Assembly: GCF_009914755.1 (NCBI RefSeq)
Contig: NC_060928.1
DNA length: 64,000 nucleotides
Source of the DNA: the human T2T-CHM13v2.0 reference genome, Homo sapiens
Reading direction: 5' to 3' (one strand)
In this document: positions 30,051 to 44,478 of the stretch, piece after piece
How positions within the stretch are numbered: the stretch's first letter is position 1
Layout: every line of letters starts with the position of its first letter
Made by a program: the position numbers and the translations under genes
The notes under the pieces: generated by a model
What the model saw: the letters and a program-made list of their open reading frames with translations, nothing else
Told to the model about the DNA's origin: nothing
Database searches by the model: none

Positions 30051-30769
30051 ACCAAAATTCAGAAAGTTAAATTGGGGATACAGGCGGGAAGTTTTTAATC
30101 TATGAAAATAGAATACAGTGAAAAAAGATAATGATGGAGTTCACATTAGATTTTTAATTACTTAGCCATCAGCAATTTTGTCTTCTACATTGTTTATTCC
30201 TTTAGAAAAGATCCAGTGATTTTCTAGGGAGTCTCTGGGAATTAATCTTAATGGGATTTACAGCTGCCTATCAAAGGCACTGGGGTCAAAGGCTGCCCTA
30301 GCCTCCCAATTACAACTTGACTATCACTCCTTGTTTGGAGGACTCTGATGGAGAATTATCTAAAAGAATGATTCTCAAACTTCAATGTGCTTATAAATCA
30401 CCACGGATCTGATTCCTAGAGACTCAGGATATGCTTACATAAATATATCAGTTTGTTGAAACTGTCCAGATTAATCCATCTGGGTGAAAGCTCTATTATC
30501 CAAATACCTAGAAAATTTTTTCAGGACAATTTTGACATCAACTGTGGTCCTATTTCATTATTTGAGAATGTATTTCTAATATCTTTGATTGGGTATTATC
30601 TCATTCCTCAACTTTCACAGAGAAATGGCATTCCTACCCCACACAATGACTAAATTCATAGAATTTCTGCACTTCAGGTATTTATCAGGAAAAAAATTAC
30701 CTCGTACACATTGTCACTACTTATAAAAAGCTCACTTAATGTGAATAATTTATGGAGAATCTTTTAAAA

Positions 30770-30920
30770 CAGTGTTTCTCAAACTTTAAAGTGCTTATAA
30801 ATCACTACAGATCTTCTGATTCAATAGATCGGGCTGGGACCTAAGATTCTACATTTCTAACAAATTCCTAGGTGATAACAATGCTACTGACCCATGGACA
30901 ACACATAGAGTAGACAGGGC
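30770..30920. mobile_element. MER5A1-like DNA transposon (a related MER5 start lies at ~30368-30415)
   Basis: cagtgtttctcaaacttt...ctgattcaatagatc...agattctacatttctaacaa...ggtgat...gagtagacagg. Confidence 0.8.
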
Positions 30921-31035
30921 CAAAAATACATTCCTCCATTCCTCAAGATACCTTCAAATCTATCTCTGATTGAAACTAAGCCAGCATGTAGGTAAACTTA
31001 AACAATGACACAATGAAACAAAACAGTTGTGCTAC

Positions 31036-31169
31036 CATTTAGGGAGAAACAGCAAGAAGAAAAGGCTGTACATGTTCAGTACAGATGCAATTTAAAAATA
31101 TGTATATTTTTGATCTGCATTTGGTTGAATCCATAGATGCAGAACCTATGGATAAGGACGACCAACTGT
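31036..31169. mobile_element. MER2 (TcMar-Tigger) terminal fragment
   Basis: ctgtacatgttcagtacagatgcaa...ttggttgaatccatagatgcagaacctatggataagg...caactgt. Confidence 0.8.
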
Positions 31170-31337
31170 TCTAGGATAATATTGTTTCCACACCACCTCC
31201 ACAACAACCAACACCTCTAAGCCCTCCCATCCCTGAAAAAGTGCTTTCACCAAATTGTACTTCAGGCTTATAAATAAAATGAGGGTCAACATTTAGTATA
31301 CTACTACATTTTATGAAAGTATATGTTTTAGTACATT

Positions 31338-31994
<657 letters not shown>

Positions 31995-33627
31995 TTCATT
32001 ACATTTATTTCATAGTACCCTCTTTATTATCATCTACATGACACATATTTCTGGTTTGTTTGCGTTTATTTTATGGAAACACTCTGAATCAAGTGACCAA
32101 AAACTTACCCTCTTTTATTAATTGCTAAAATGTCCACGGCCAAATTTATGGCCTTCTTATTACAAACATCTAATATACCAAATTCTGAATCTGTATACTT
32201 ACCTAAATCTTAATTTCTTATTTTCTATTTTCTTTTCCATAACCCCTGATGTCTTCATTTATGTAATATTTCATGTTGTATAGATTTTTATAAGGTATCA
32301 TAAATTATTCATGAAATAATGTAATAAATTTTTAAATAACTTAATAAAGTTAATAATAGCTATAATATAGTAAGTCCTTACTATAACCCACTAATACCAT
32401 GCTAAGCCCTTTTCATATATGATTATCTATTTTTTGTTGATTATCAGTTTGTCCTTTTTTATGCACTCTTGTTTTGGAATAGAAGAAGCAATAAAAATCC
32501 AAAAAATTCAAAACCAACACTATTTAGAGGGCAATTTAACCATATATAACAAAATACAAAGGAAAAAGGTAGGAGTAGGAGAGGTACCAAAAATTCCACT
32601 GCAAGGAATTTATTGTAAAAAATTAAATCTACAATAACTTAACTACAAATATAGTGTACTACATTTTGCCAAAGCTCTGTTCAATTGCCAAATAACCAAA
32701 AAACAAGTTATTTCCATAAATAGGATATTGCTGTCATTTATTTCATGGTAAGAAATATATTAATCTATATAGAAAGGTTAATTTGAAAAAATAGTGGCCA
32801 CTAAGTATTGTTATAGTAATTATGGTTGATTTTCTCTTTATTTTGCTCATCTGAGTTTTCTTCAAAATATAAGTATTGAAAGCATAATTTTAAAAAATCT
32901 TAACACATGATAAAAGACAAATGTTAAAAGGCAAAGGTTAAAAGTTATCTTACATGTTTGGTTCAAGAGTAAAACTGGAATCAGATTAGGAATCAATCAC
33001 TGAGGACTCAACTGTCTTAAAATAATCTTTCATCATTGATATGGCATCAATTGTTTTATAATTTCCTAACACAACAACTTGGTGTAGCCTCTTAATTACT
33101 ACCAACCAGGTCTCACCATTTGTGACCTATTCTTCATTACTAGGATCCCCTAAGAGTCACAGTTTTGGGTTTGTGTCCCTATGATAGACTCAATCCTTCC
33201 ATCTAGCCAATGCAACATGCCTTGCCTGTGGTAGAAAAAGTGGTCTTCTAATGAGTGTTAGAGGGTGTTAGAAAATAGAAAAAGAGAAATCAACAAGAAA
33301 ACTCCCTGACAAAATGAGAATGGCCACTGATTTCAGAGAAGAGGAATAGTTAAAAAAAAAAAGTCAACTTCAGAACAAAGAAATTAAGGACTGTATGAGT
33401 CTTTGTTGTCAATATAGAAAAAAAAATTACAGCAAAATGTAGACAACATCCTAAATTCAGCATTTTTACCCTTTTTCCTCTTCTTAATATTATAGCTGTG
33501 TTTTTCACTGCTTTTGAACTATGTGTATATGCACACCTGTGACATGTGCGTCCTCATCTCCTTATCTTTCCTAGTCTCCTTCACCAACTACTGCCACCAC
33601 TACTGTTATTATTAGTACTACTGCTGC

Positions 33628-33945
33628 AAGTCTACAATTCTAAGACTCTGAAATGTATAAAAAGCTCTGAAAACCAAAAAAGTTTTCATAATATATATAA
33701 AGGTAAAACTTAACACCTGATTTTGGGTGGCAAAACCTGACCTAAGCTGACCAACACAAGGCCTATATAGTGGCCTCTATCTACCACTTGATGAGAATAT
33801 GCATATGCTACAAATATTAGCAAGTGTAATTACTGGTTTGATTGTGAATCCACTTATCTTCTTACCTTTCTAAAATTTTAAATTTTCAGAATTCTTACAT
33901 ATGTGTAGGCCCAAGAGTTTCAAATAAAGGATTATATATCTACAC
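33628..33945. mobile_element. MER46C-like (TcMar-Tigger) element
   Basis: aaaaagctctgaaaacc...ggcaaaacctgacct...ttacctttctaaaat...ggcccaagagtttcaaataaaggatt. Confidence 0.7.
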
Positions 33946-35314
33946 AACTAATATAAGCTGTAACTATTACCACTGCTGCTGCATGTGTTATAAAACTTTG
34001 CCTTTATGTAGCTCTATATTTGTTATTGCAGATCATTCTAACAGCTCATCAGCCTAAAGGTATATAACTAAAGATCCATCTATTGTTTAATGAATACATG
34101 ACTTTTAAAACATTTTACCTGATCATTTAAAAAAAATACTGCAAATTTAAACCAACACAATATTAACAGCCACAATATCCAAAGCCTGTGGCCATAACCC
34201 TGGCTACTAGAACTTTCTAAGTCTTCTTATTATTACTACTGAAATTTTCATTTGTATTCAACATCCATGTCTGGTGTATTTTGTTTGATGAAAACAAGCT
34301 AATTAGTGCTAAACCTTCCCTAGTTCATAAATTTATTCCTAAGAACATTAAAAGGAAGTCAAGTGAGACATGTTCAGTAACAGATGTTTGCCTTATTTGG
34401 CTGCCTTTTTACAGTTTGTTCTCTTTCATTACTTTTTAAGAAATTTAGTTAATGTTCCCTTTACTAGAGAACAAGCATACCTAGCTTCCCAGGAGGTGAT
34501 GGGGGGTGGGAGGAGGGATTCCCCAGGGCAGGCACAGTCTGTTCATTTTCTTAATCTGCTATCTGCTCAAATGCTCTCTATATTCAACTTTTCATTCTCC
34601 CATCCAGGTATTCACTTGTGTGATTTCACAATCACATATCTGTTTATCTCACCAAACAATGCCTATGTTGACACAACTGTACAACTAAAACTATTGTTAA
34701 CAGTATTACTAATGTGTATGGGCCTAGTGCTCCCCAAATATCTTTCCCACATAAGGATATCTCAGAGCAAAAGGTCAATTATGATTGAGAATTGGGTTGA
34801 ATATTTTGGCTTCTACAGTACAGAAAGAATGTGAAGTGGCCTCCAAAAGCAAAAAGTCAATGGCCTTTTATAATAAAGGAAACTGAAAATAGGTATTAAG
34901 AGTTTTCTCTAGAATATTAAATTCATTCAAAAATACACATTTAAAATTATACTACTTATTTACCTATACCTCCACATTTGAAAATCTTTTATGTGGGTGG
35001 GACTGTGATGTGGTTTAGGAAGTGGCATGTTGGTATATCTAAGTAACATTACAATTCACATCTTGCATTTGCCAAGAGTGCTTTCTTTCAAAACTCTATG
35101 AGAATAGTTGAATATACATCTTGATCTATTTACTGCTAAATAAATTTTGCATGTAGTACATTCTCCCAATAAGTATCTTCTAAGCTAGGACAATAGTAGG
35201 GTTATTATCTAAAAAGAAACATTAAGTAAAATAAAATAAATGATGGTTGTAAAAATACACTTTAGGCCCAGATAATATTGCTGCAAGAAAACATTACTAT
35301 TAAAATATGGGCTT

Positions 35315-38300
35315 TTATTCTGGTGCTACACTGGTCTTGGAGGCAGTGAACTTGGGGTGTACATGACTCAATGTGACACCAGCTGTAGTAGCCAAGGGAA
35401 TGCAATGCCTATATAACCCCTCCCCCAACTCCTGAGTCACTGAGTCAGTGAAGCTCAGAGAGAGATTTCTGCTTGGGGGAAGGCAAGGGAAGAGTACAGA
35501 GCACTTTGTCTTGCAACTTGAATACCAGCTCAGCCACAGTAAAATAAAGTACCAGAAAAATTCCTTGAAACCCCTGATTCCAGGCCTTTGCTCCTGGATG
35601 GTGTTTCTAAACCCACCCTCAGTCAGAAGGGAATCCACAGCTCTGATAGGACAGACCCAGTCTTGGCAAGATTCACCACCTTCTGACTAAAATGGCATTG
35701 AGCCTTGAATAAGCAAAAGAGGAAGCAAGGCAGTATTTGCTGTGGGCCTTGGGTGAAACCCAGTTCTGTGCTGGTTTGCAAGGCTTCAGCTGGGAACCTG
35801 CATAATGCCATTTGTGATGGCCATGGGAATACCAGCATCACCCCTCCCCCAGCTCCAGGCAGCCCAGTACAGAGAGAGACTCCTTCTGTTTGGAGGAAAC
35901 AGAGGAAATACAGTGAGAGACTTTGCCTGGTAACCCAAGAGTTGCAATATTCCTGGGTTTACCAGGAACACTGGTGTACCATAGTGCTGAAACAGCCGCA
36001 GTGACCACAGCCTTAGGTCACAACACTCAGTCCCCTTTAAACTACTAGAAGGCCCTCTCAAGAAGTATGAATACAAACAAGCCCAAACCACAAAGGTTGA
36101 AATAAATACCTAATTCGTCAATGCACAGACATCAGTGAACATCCACAAGCATCAAGAACATCCAGGAAAACATGACCTCACCAAATTGACAAAATAAGGC
36201 ACCAGTGATCAATCCTGGAGTGATGAAGATATGTGACCTTTTAGACAGGGAATTCAAACTAGCTGTCTTGAGGAAGCTCAATGAACTTCAAGATAACACA
36301 TAGAAGGAATTTAGAATTCTATCAAATAAATTTAACAAAGAGATTAAAATAATTTTTTAAATCAAGCAGAAATTCTAGAGCTGAAAAATTCAATTGACAA
36401 ACTGAAGAATGCACTAGAGTCCCTCAATGCAGAATTGCTCAAGCAGGACAAATAATTAGTGAACTCAAAGACAAGCTATTTCAAAGTACACAAAAGAGAA
36501 AAAAGAGAAAAAAATACAATGAAGCACACATACAACATCTAGCAAATAGTCTCAAAGGGGCAAATCTTAGAGTTACTGGCCTTAAAGAAGATATAGACAC
36601 AGAGAGATCAGAGTAGAAAGTTTACTCAAAGAAATAATAACAGAGAACTTTCCAAATCCAGAGAAAAATATTAATATCCATGTACAAGAAGCTCAAAGAA
36701 TACCAAGTGGATTCAACCCAAGTAAGACTACCACAAGGCATATAATAATCAAAGTCTTACAGGTCAAGGATAAAGAAATGACCCTAAATCAGTAAAAGAA
36801 AAAAAAAGCAAATCACATATAAAGGAGCTCTGACAAGTCTGACAATAGGTTTCTGAGGCTAGGAGGGAGTAGGATAACATTTTCAAAGTGCTGAAGGAAA
36901 AGCACAACTAGAATGTTATACCCTGTAAAATTATCCTTCAAATACAAATAAAGACTTTCCCAAACAAACAAAAGGTGAGAGATTTCACTGACACCAGACC
37001 TGTTTTCCAAGAAATTCTAAAGGGAGTTTGTTCAACCTGAGAAAAAAAAGAGGTTAGTGAGCAACAAGAAATCATCTTGAAGGTATACAACTCACTGCTA
37101 AAAGTACACAAACACAGAATACTCTAACAATGTAATTGCGATGTGTAAACCATTCATATTTTTAGTAGAAAAACTAAAAGACAAATATAACAAAAATAAT
37201 AACTGCAACTTAAGAGATAAATAATATAAAAGATAAATAGAGATAACAAAAAGTCAAAAAATAGGAAGCATGAGGTTAAAATATAGAGTATTTTAGTTTT
37301 CTCTTTGTTTTCTTTGTAATAAGAGTTAAGTTGCCATCAGTTTAAAATAATTGATTGTAAGATGTTATTTGTAAACCTTGTGATAGCCACAAAACAAAAA
37401 TCTATTTTAGATACGTAACATTTTAAGAAAAGAAACTAAAACATACTACCAAAGAAAATCACTTTTACACAAAGGAAGATGGATGGAAGGAAGGAAGGGA
37501 GGGAGGGAAAAAGGAGACAAATAACAAAATGGCAGTAGTAAGTCCTTACCAATGAATAATAACATTGAATGTAAATGAACTAAATTTTCCAATCAAAATA
37601 CATAGAGCAGCTGAATGGATTTAAAAAACAAGAGCCAACCATATGGTGCCTACAAGAAAGTCACTTCACCTATAGACACACATAGACTTAAAATAAAGGA
37701 ATGGAAAAAAAATACTCCATGCCAGTGGAAACCAAAAAAAGAGTAGGAATGGCTATACTTATCAGATAAAAGAGATTTCAAGACAAAAAGGAACAAAGAA
37801 GGTTATTATATAATGGTAGAGGAGACAATACAGCAAGAGAATATAACAATTTCCAAATTATATTCATCCAACACTGGAGCACCCAGAAATACAAAGCAAA
37901 TTTTACCAGAACTAAAGACAAATATAGACTCCAATATAATCATAGCTGGGTACATCAACACTCCACTTTCAGCATTAGACAGATAATCTAGACAGAAAAT
38001 CAATTAAGAAACATCAGACTTAATCTTCACTATAGACCAAATGAACTGAATAGATATTTATGGAATATTTTATTCAACAGCAGCAAAATACACATTCTTC
38101 TCCTCAACACATGGAATATTCTCAAGGATAAACTATATGTTATGCCACAAAACAAGTCTCAAAAAATTTAAAAACATTGAAATCATATGAAGTACCTTTT
38201 CTAACTACAATGGAATAAAATAGAAATCAATAACAAGAAGAACTTTGAAAATGGTAGAAACATATGGAACTTAATATATTCCCAAATGACTAGTGGGTCA

Positions 38301-41300
38301 ATTAAAAAATTAAGAAACAAATTGAAAACTTTCTTGAAACAAATGAAAATGAAAACACAACATACCAAAACCTATGGGATACAGCCAAAGAAGCATTGAA
38401 TGAAATTTATAGCAATAAATGCCTATATCAAAAAAGCAGAAAACAGTCAAATAACCTAATGATGCATCTTAAAGAACAAGAAAAGCAAGAACAAATCAAA
38501 GCCAAAATTAATAGAAGAGAAAAATATAAAGATCAGAGCAGACATAAATGAAATGAAAACAACACCATGAAGGATCAAAAACCAAAAAGATGGTATCTTA
38601 AAAGGACAACAAAATGAACAAAAGTTGAGCCAGACTGAAAAAACAAAGACAGAAGACCCAAATAAATAAAATGAGAGATGAAAAAGGAGATATTCCACTG
38701 ATACCACAGAAATTCAAAGGATCATTAGAGATTATAATTAGCAACTATATGCTAATTAATTGGAAAGCCTATAAAATGGATAAACTCCTAGACACATGCA
38801 ACCTACGAAGATTGAACCATGAAGAAATAAAAAACCTGAATAGACCACAACTAGTATTGAGATAGAAGCAGTAATTTAAAAATCTCCCATCAGAGAAAAG
38901 TCCAGGACCTGATGGCTTCACTGTTGTATTCTACCAAACATTTAAAGAACAGCTAATACTAATCATACTCAAACTATTTTTTTAAAAAATTGAGGAGAGA
39001 ATACTTCCAAACTCATTCTACAAGGCCAGTATTATGCTGATACAAAAACCAGACAAAGCCAGAACAAAATCAAAGAAAACTACAGGCCAATATCTTGACC
39101 ATAGATACAAAAATCCTCCAAAAATACTAGCAAACAAAATTCAATAATACATTAAAAGAATCATTCATCATGATTAAATGGGATTAACCCCAGGGATGCA
39201 AAGATGGCAAAACACACAGATTAATGAATGTGATACATCATACCAACAGAATGAAGGACAAAAATCATATGATTGTTTCAATAGATGCTGAGAAAGCATT
39301 TGACAAAATTCAGCATCCCTTTATGATAAAAACTCTCAACAAACTCGGTATAGGGGGAACATACCTCAACATAACAAAAGCCATAGAAGACAAACTCACA
39401 ACCAATACCATTCTAAATGGAGAAAAACTGAAAGTCTTTCCTCTAATATCTGGGATAAGACAAGGATGTCCACTTTCACCACTTTTATTCAACATAGCAC
39501 TATAAGTCTTAGACGGAGTATTTAACAAGAAAAATAAAGGGCATCAAAATTGAAAAGGAAAAAGTCAAATTATCCTAGTTTGCAGATTATATGATCACAT
39601 ATTTATAAAAACATAAGCACTCCACCAAAAAAATATTAGAACTGATAAACAAATTCAGCAAAATTGAAGAATATAAAATCAACTTACGAAAATCAGTAGC
39701 ATGTTTATATGCCAACTGCAAACAATCTGAAAAAGAAACCAACAAAGTAATTCTATTTATAATAGCCACAAATAAAAACACCTAGGAATACACTTAACCA
39801 AAGAAGTAAAATATCTCTACAAGGAAAACTATAAAACATTGATGAAAGAAATTGAAGAGGACAAAAAAATGGAAGGGTATTCCAATGTTCATGAATTGGA
39901 AGAATCAATTTTGTTAAAATGTCTATACTACCCAAAGCAATCTACAAATTCAGTGTAAAACATATCAAAATACCAATGGCATTCTTCACAGAAATAAAAA
40001 ATAATCCTAAAATTTATATGGAACTGCAAAAGACCCTGAATAGCCAAAGCAATCCTGAGTAAAAAGTACAAAGCTGGAGGCATTGCATTACCTGACTTCA
40101 AATTATACTATAAAGCTATGGTAACATAAACAGCCTGATAGTGGCATAAAAACAAATAGACCAGTGGAACAGAACAGAGAAACAAGAAGTAAATTCATGT
40201 ATTTACAGTAAACTCATTTTCAACAAAGGTGCCAAGAACACGGCCTGGGAAAATAACAGTCTTCAATAAATGGTGCTGGGAAAACTGAACATCCATAGGC
40301 AGAAGAATGAAACTAGACCCCTATATCTCACCTTACACAAAACTCAAACGAAAATGAATTAAAGGCTTAAATATAAGACTCAAAACTATGAAAATACTAG
40401 AAGAAAACATTGGGTAAACACTCTAGGATGTAGGTCTTGGCAAAGATTTCTTGAATAAGACCTAAAAAGCACAGGAAGCCAAAGCAGAAATTAACAAATG
40501 GGATCATATTAAGTTAAAAAGCTGCTTCACAGCAAAGAAATCAACAAAGTAGAGACAGCCAACGAATGGGGGAAAATATTTGCAAATTACCACCTAACAA
40601 GTGATTAATAACCAAAATATATAAAAAGCTCAAACAACTCAATAGGAAAAGATAAATAATCTGATTTTAAAATAGGCAAAATATCTGAATAGACATTTCT
40701 CAGAAGAAGACATACAAACGGTCAAGTATATAAAAAATTGTCATCATCACTATTATCAGAGAAATACAAATCAAAACCACAGTAAGATATCATCTCAACC
40801 CAGTAAAAATGGCTTTTACTAAAAAAAATGGAATAATGGATGCTGGTGAGAATGCAGAGAAATGAAAAATGTAAATTACTATAGCCACTATGAAGAACAG
40901 TATGGAGGTTCCTCAAAAAACTAAAAATAGAACTACTACATGATTCAGCAACCCCACTGCTGGGTATATATCCAAAGGAAAGGAAATCAGTATGTCAAAG
41001 ACGTAGCTGCACTTACATGTTTGTTGCACCACTATTCACAAATCCAAGATATAGTATCAACCTAAAAGTCCATCAACAAATGAATGAATAAAGAAAGTAT
41101 GGTACATATACACAATAGAATATTATTCAGACATAAAAAGGATGAAATCCTGTCACTTGCAACAACATGAATGGAACTGGAGGACATTATGTAAAATGAA
41201 ATAAGCCAGGCACAAAAGAATAAATATTGTACGTTCTCACTCACATATGGGAGCTAAAAAATAATTTTATCTCATGGAGAGAGGGAGTAAAATGATGGTT

Positions 41301-41598
41301 ACCCAAGTCTGGGAAGAGTAATGGGGGTGGTGAGATAAAGAAGAGATGGTTAATGGGTACAAAAATATAGTTAGACAGACGGAATAAGATCTAGTGTTCA
41401 GTAGAACAATAGGGCAACTATGGTTAACTATGATTTATTGTATATTTCAAAATAACTTAAAAAGTGGAACTGGAATGTTCCTAACATAAAGAAATAATAA
41501 ATACTTGAGATTTGATAATTATATGTTGTATCAAAATATCATATGTACCCCATGAAAATATACAACTATTACATATTTACAATAATTAACAATAATTT
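35315..41598 (+). mobile_element. Near-full-length old L1 (L1MA2/3-like), ~6.3 kb, ORFs destroyed
   Basis: 5' UTR-like region ~35315-36110, ORF1 remnant from ~36120, long inter-ORF spacer, ORF2 start atggcagtagtaagtcc at 37529, RT remnant (39224-39505 [14 protein letters not shown]), L1MA-type 3' UTR to ~41598. Confidence 0.92.
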
Positions 41599-41599
41599 T

Positions 41600-41912
41600 A
41601 TTATTTATAAAGAAAAGAGGTTTAATTGACTCACAGTTCTACATGGCTGGTGAGACCTCAAGAAATGTACAATCATGGTGGAAGGTGAAGGGAAGTAGGG
41701 CACATCTTACATGGGGGAAGGAGAGAGAGAGAGAGAGAGAGCAAAGGAGGAAGTACCACACACCTTCAAGCAATCAGATCTTGTGGAAATTCACTATCAA
41801 GGGGGATGTCCATTCCCATGACTCAATTACCTCCCACCAGGCCCTCCCCCAACATATGGGGATTATAATTTGAGATGAGATTTGGGTGAGGACCCAGAGC
41901 CAAACCATACTA
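41600..41912 (-). mobile_element. MSTA-like (MaLR) LTR, truncated at one end, with internal (GA)n
   Basis: ttataaagaaaagaggtttaattgactcacagttc...caatcatggtggaaggtgaaggg...gagatgagatttgggtgaggacccagagccaaaccata. Confidence 0.9.
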
Positions 41913-42272
41913 CTCTTTTGGCAATTATGATTGTAAAGCTCCAAAGCACATTCACGGCCATCTCTACCAAGTGAAATCACTTTATGTATGTCCAAAAATA
42001 ACCTGAGCTTCATTTTATTTTTCCACCCATTTTCTCATTTACATATTTCTGAGGTCTTTTTTGTCACACTTTTAGACACAGATTTACAACCTTTGTGAAA
42101 CAAGGTGAGTTATTAATATATAAATACATATGTATGTTCATTTTCAAAGGAGCAAGATGGATCACAAAGAAATGAAATGACTTGTACTAAAAGTAGCAAA
42201 GCAGGAACAATTCCTGTGCTCTAAATTGTACAATAAAATTGTTTTAAAAAACAAAAAAAGCGGGTTTTTTTG

Positions 42273-42330
42273 GTAACTATGTAACTGTAACTATGTAACT
42301 TTGTAAGCTATGTAACTGTAACTGTAAACT
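42273..42330. repeat. Imperfect (GTAACT)n / (GTAACTAT)n tandem repeat
   Basis: gtaactat gtaact gtaactat gtaacttt gtaagctat gtaact gtaact gtaaact. Confidence 0.9.
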
Positions 42331-43201
42331 ACATAAATTAATATAGTTTTTTCAAAGTAAATATCTATGTCATTTTGTCGAAGAGATTCATACATTAATA
42401 TTTCATAGGAAAAGAAATATTCATTTCAAAATTAAAATTGGGAAGTTTAAAGATAATGTACAACCTTGGGCATCAATACTCCTTACAGTAGGAAGAAAAC
42501 AAACACAAAACATAGATAAGAATTAACTACTGGAATGCTATTCAAAATGTCAAAAAAAATCATAGTCACTTACCTGTTAACTCAGGACCTGAGTTAATTC
42601 CAACCCCACTATAGAATTTCCCAAAAGTAATTTTATTTCTAAACAAAATGACCCCCCAAAATTAGGAAATCATATGAATAAAAAGAATTTTTAAATTTAG
42701 TAGTTCTGATGATTTGTGCTAATTCATAGAAATGTCAGAAAATCAAATGAGATAACCATCTTTTATCAAATGTAACCCATTAGAGGAGAAAATCATGAGT
42801 ATGAAAATAATTACAGTACCTCCTCAAATGTTTTGGAGGAGAGAAGAAAAAGCGCAAAGAGAAGAAAATATGATGAGGGAGAAAAAAATGAGCAAATATG
42901 TTTTATATAATAAAAGTTAATTTACTATTTTTCATTATGTGATAAAATTTTTCAAGTGCATGCCCACAGTTTTCTGACAGTACAATTTGGTAAGGAATTT
43001 TAAAAAGATGTTGAAATTTCCAAGTCAGAAGAAGAAAATCTCCTTCGATTCTCCCCATATTCATTTTTACCAAAATGATTCAAGAAATTTCTCCAGAGAA
43101 AAATGAAAAATTTCGTATATTAAAATCTTGTCAATCCATTCTATGGTCAAAATTAACCTGATGTGAAGAACTTAAGTTATACTTGAAATTCCTGTTTTCA
43201 C

Positions 43202-43632
43202 TTTTTTTTTTAATTATACTTTAAGTTTTAGGGTACATGTGCACAATGTGCAGGTTAGTTACATATGTATACATGTGCCATGTTGGTGTGCTGCACCCAT
43301 TAACTCGTCATTTAACATTAGGTATATCTCCTAATGCTATCTCTCCCCGCTCCCCCCACCCCACAACAGGCCCCGGTGTGTGATGTTTCCCTTCCCGTGT
43401 CCATGTGTTCTCATTGTTCAATTCCCACCTATGAGTGAGAACATGCGGTGTTTGGTTTTTTGTCCTTGCAATAGTTTGCTGAGAATGATGGTTTCCAGCT
43501 TCATCCATGTCCCTACAAAGGACATGAACTCATCATTTTTTATGGCTACATAGCATTCCATGGTGTATATGTGCCACATTTTCTTAATCCAGCCTATCAT
43601 TGTTGGACATTTGGGTTGGTTCCAAGTCTTTG
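43202..43632 (-). mobile_element. Young L1PA3/4-like 3' end (~430 bp)
   Basis: aattatactttaagttttagggtacatgtgcacaatgtgcaggttagttac. ORF2 C-terminal peptide in 43418-43600. Confidence 0.92.
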
Positions 43633-44256
43633 AAACAATATGTTTCTACAAAACGAATGACCTGTTTTTATTTTTTTCATGACCTAAACCTATGTTTTTT
43701 AAAAAATATGACCAGCAATTCTTTTTTATTCTCCTCTCTCATGTAGGATGTGTTCCCCTTGGTGGGAGTGTTGAGGGTGGGGCTGCAAAGTCTAATGTCC
43801 AGAAGTCCATAATATGTTCTTTGAAAACAATTTTTAATGCAGCTTATTATGAGACTGAATTCTATTTGCTCGTAATCCTGTACTTCAAGCATCAAAGTTA
43901 GGCAAATTCTTTTCATTGAGAGTTAAGAAGCTATAAAGCGATTGAATGGCTTCCTCCTATTCTAGGGCATAAGCTCATTAAAGAGGTCTACATGGCACTT
44001 GATGATTATAGGTCCTTGCTTATCTCTTCAGCTTCATTTCTTGCCACCTTCCCTCTAGCATGCTGTGCTTTTGCCACACTGAATTTCTTTCAGTCTCTGA
44101 GATGAATCCTGTCTTTCCACCTTGGACAACCACAACTGTCCTTTCTGGGGCTGGAACAATTTTCCCGCTACCCCTTGGCCCTATCACCATTGCAAAGTGC
44201 ATGTATTCATGCAGCACAGACATTCCCTTGCTTGTCAGCTCTTCCTCATTCTAGGG

Positions 44257-44478
44257 CATGGGTGTCCAGTTTTTTGGCTTCCCTGGGCAACATTGGAAGA
44301 AGAATTGCCTGGGGCCACACATAAAATACACTAACACTAACGATAGCTGGTAAGCTAAAAAGAAAAATCGCCAAAAAATCTGATAGTGTTTTAAGAAAGT
44401 TTACAAATTTGTAATGGACCTCATTTAAAGCCATCCTGGGCCACATGTGGCCCACAGGCTGCGAGCTGGACAAGCTTG
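44257..44478. mobile_element. MER30 (hAT-Charlie) with perfect 8-bp TSD, within an L2-like remnant
   Basis: catgggtgtcca...ccacacataaaatacactaacactaacgatagctg...tggacaagcttg. TSD ttctaggg at 44249-44256 and 44479-44486. Confidence 0.93.

Noticed and set aside
34370-34834. 154-aa + strand ORF
   Set aside because: No recognisable domain or convincing exon structure. It is antisense within an intron and consistent with a chance ORF.
42245-42272. A-run/gcggg/T-run resembling an intrinsic terminator
   Set aside because: Low-complexity A/T runs in a eukaryotic intron with no real GC stem.
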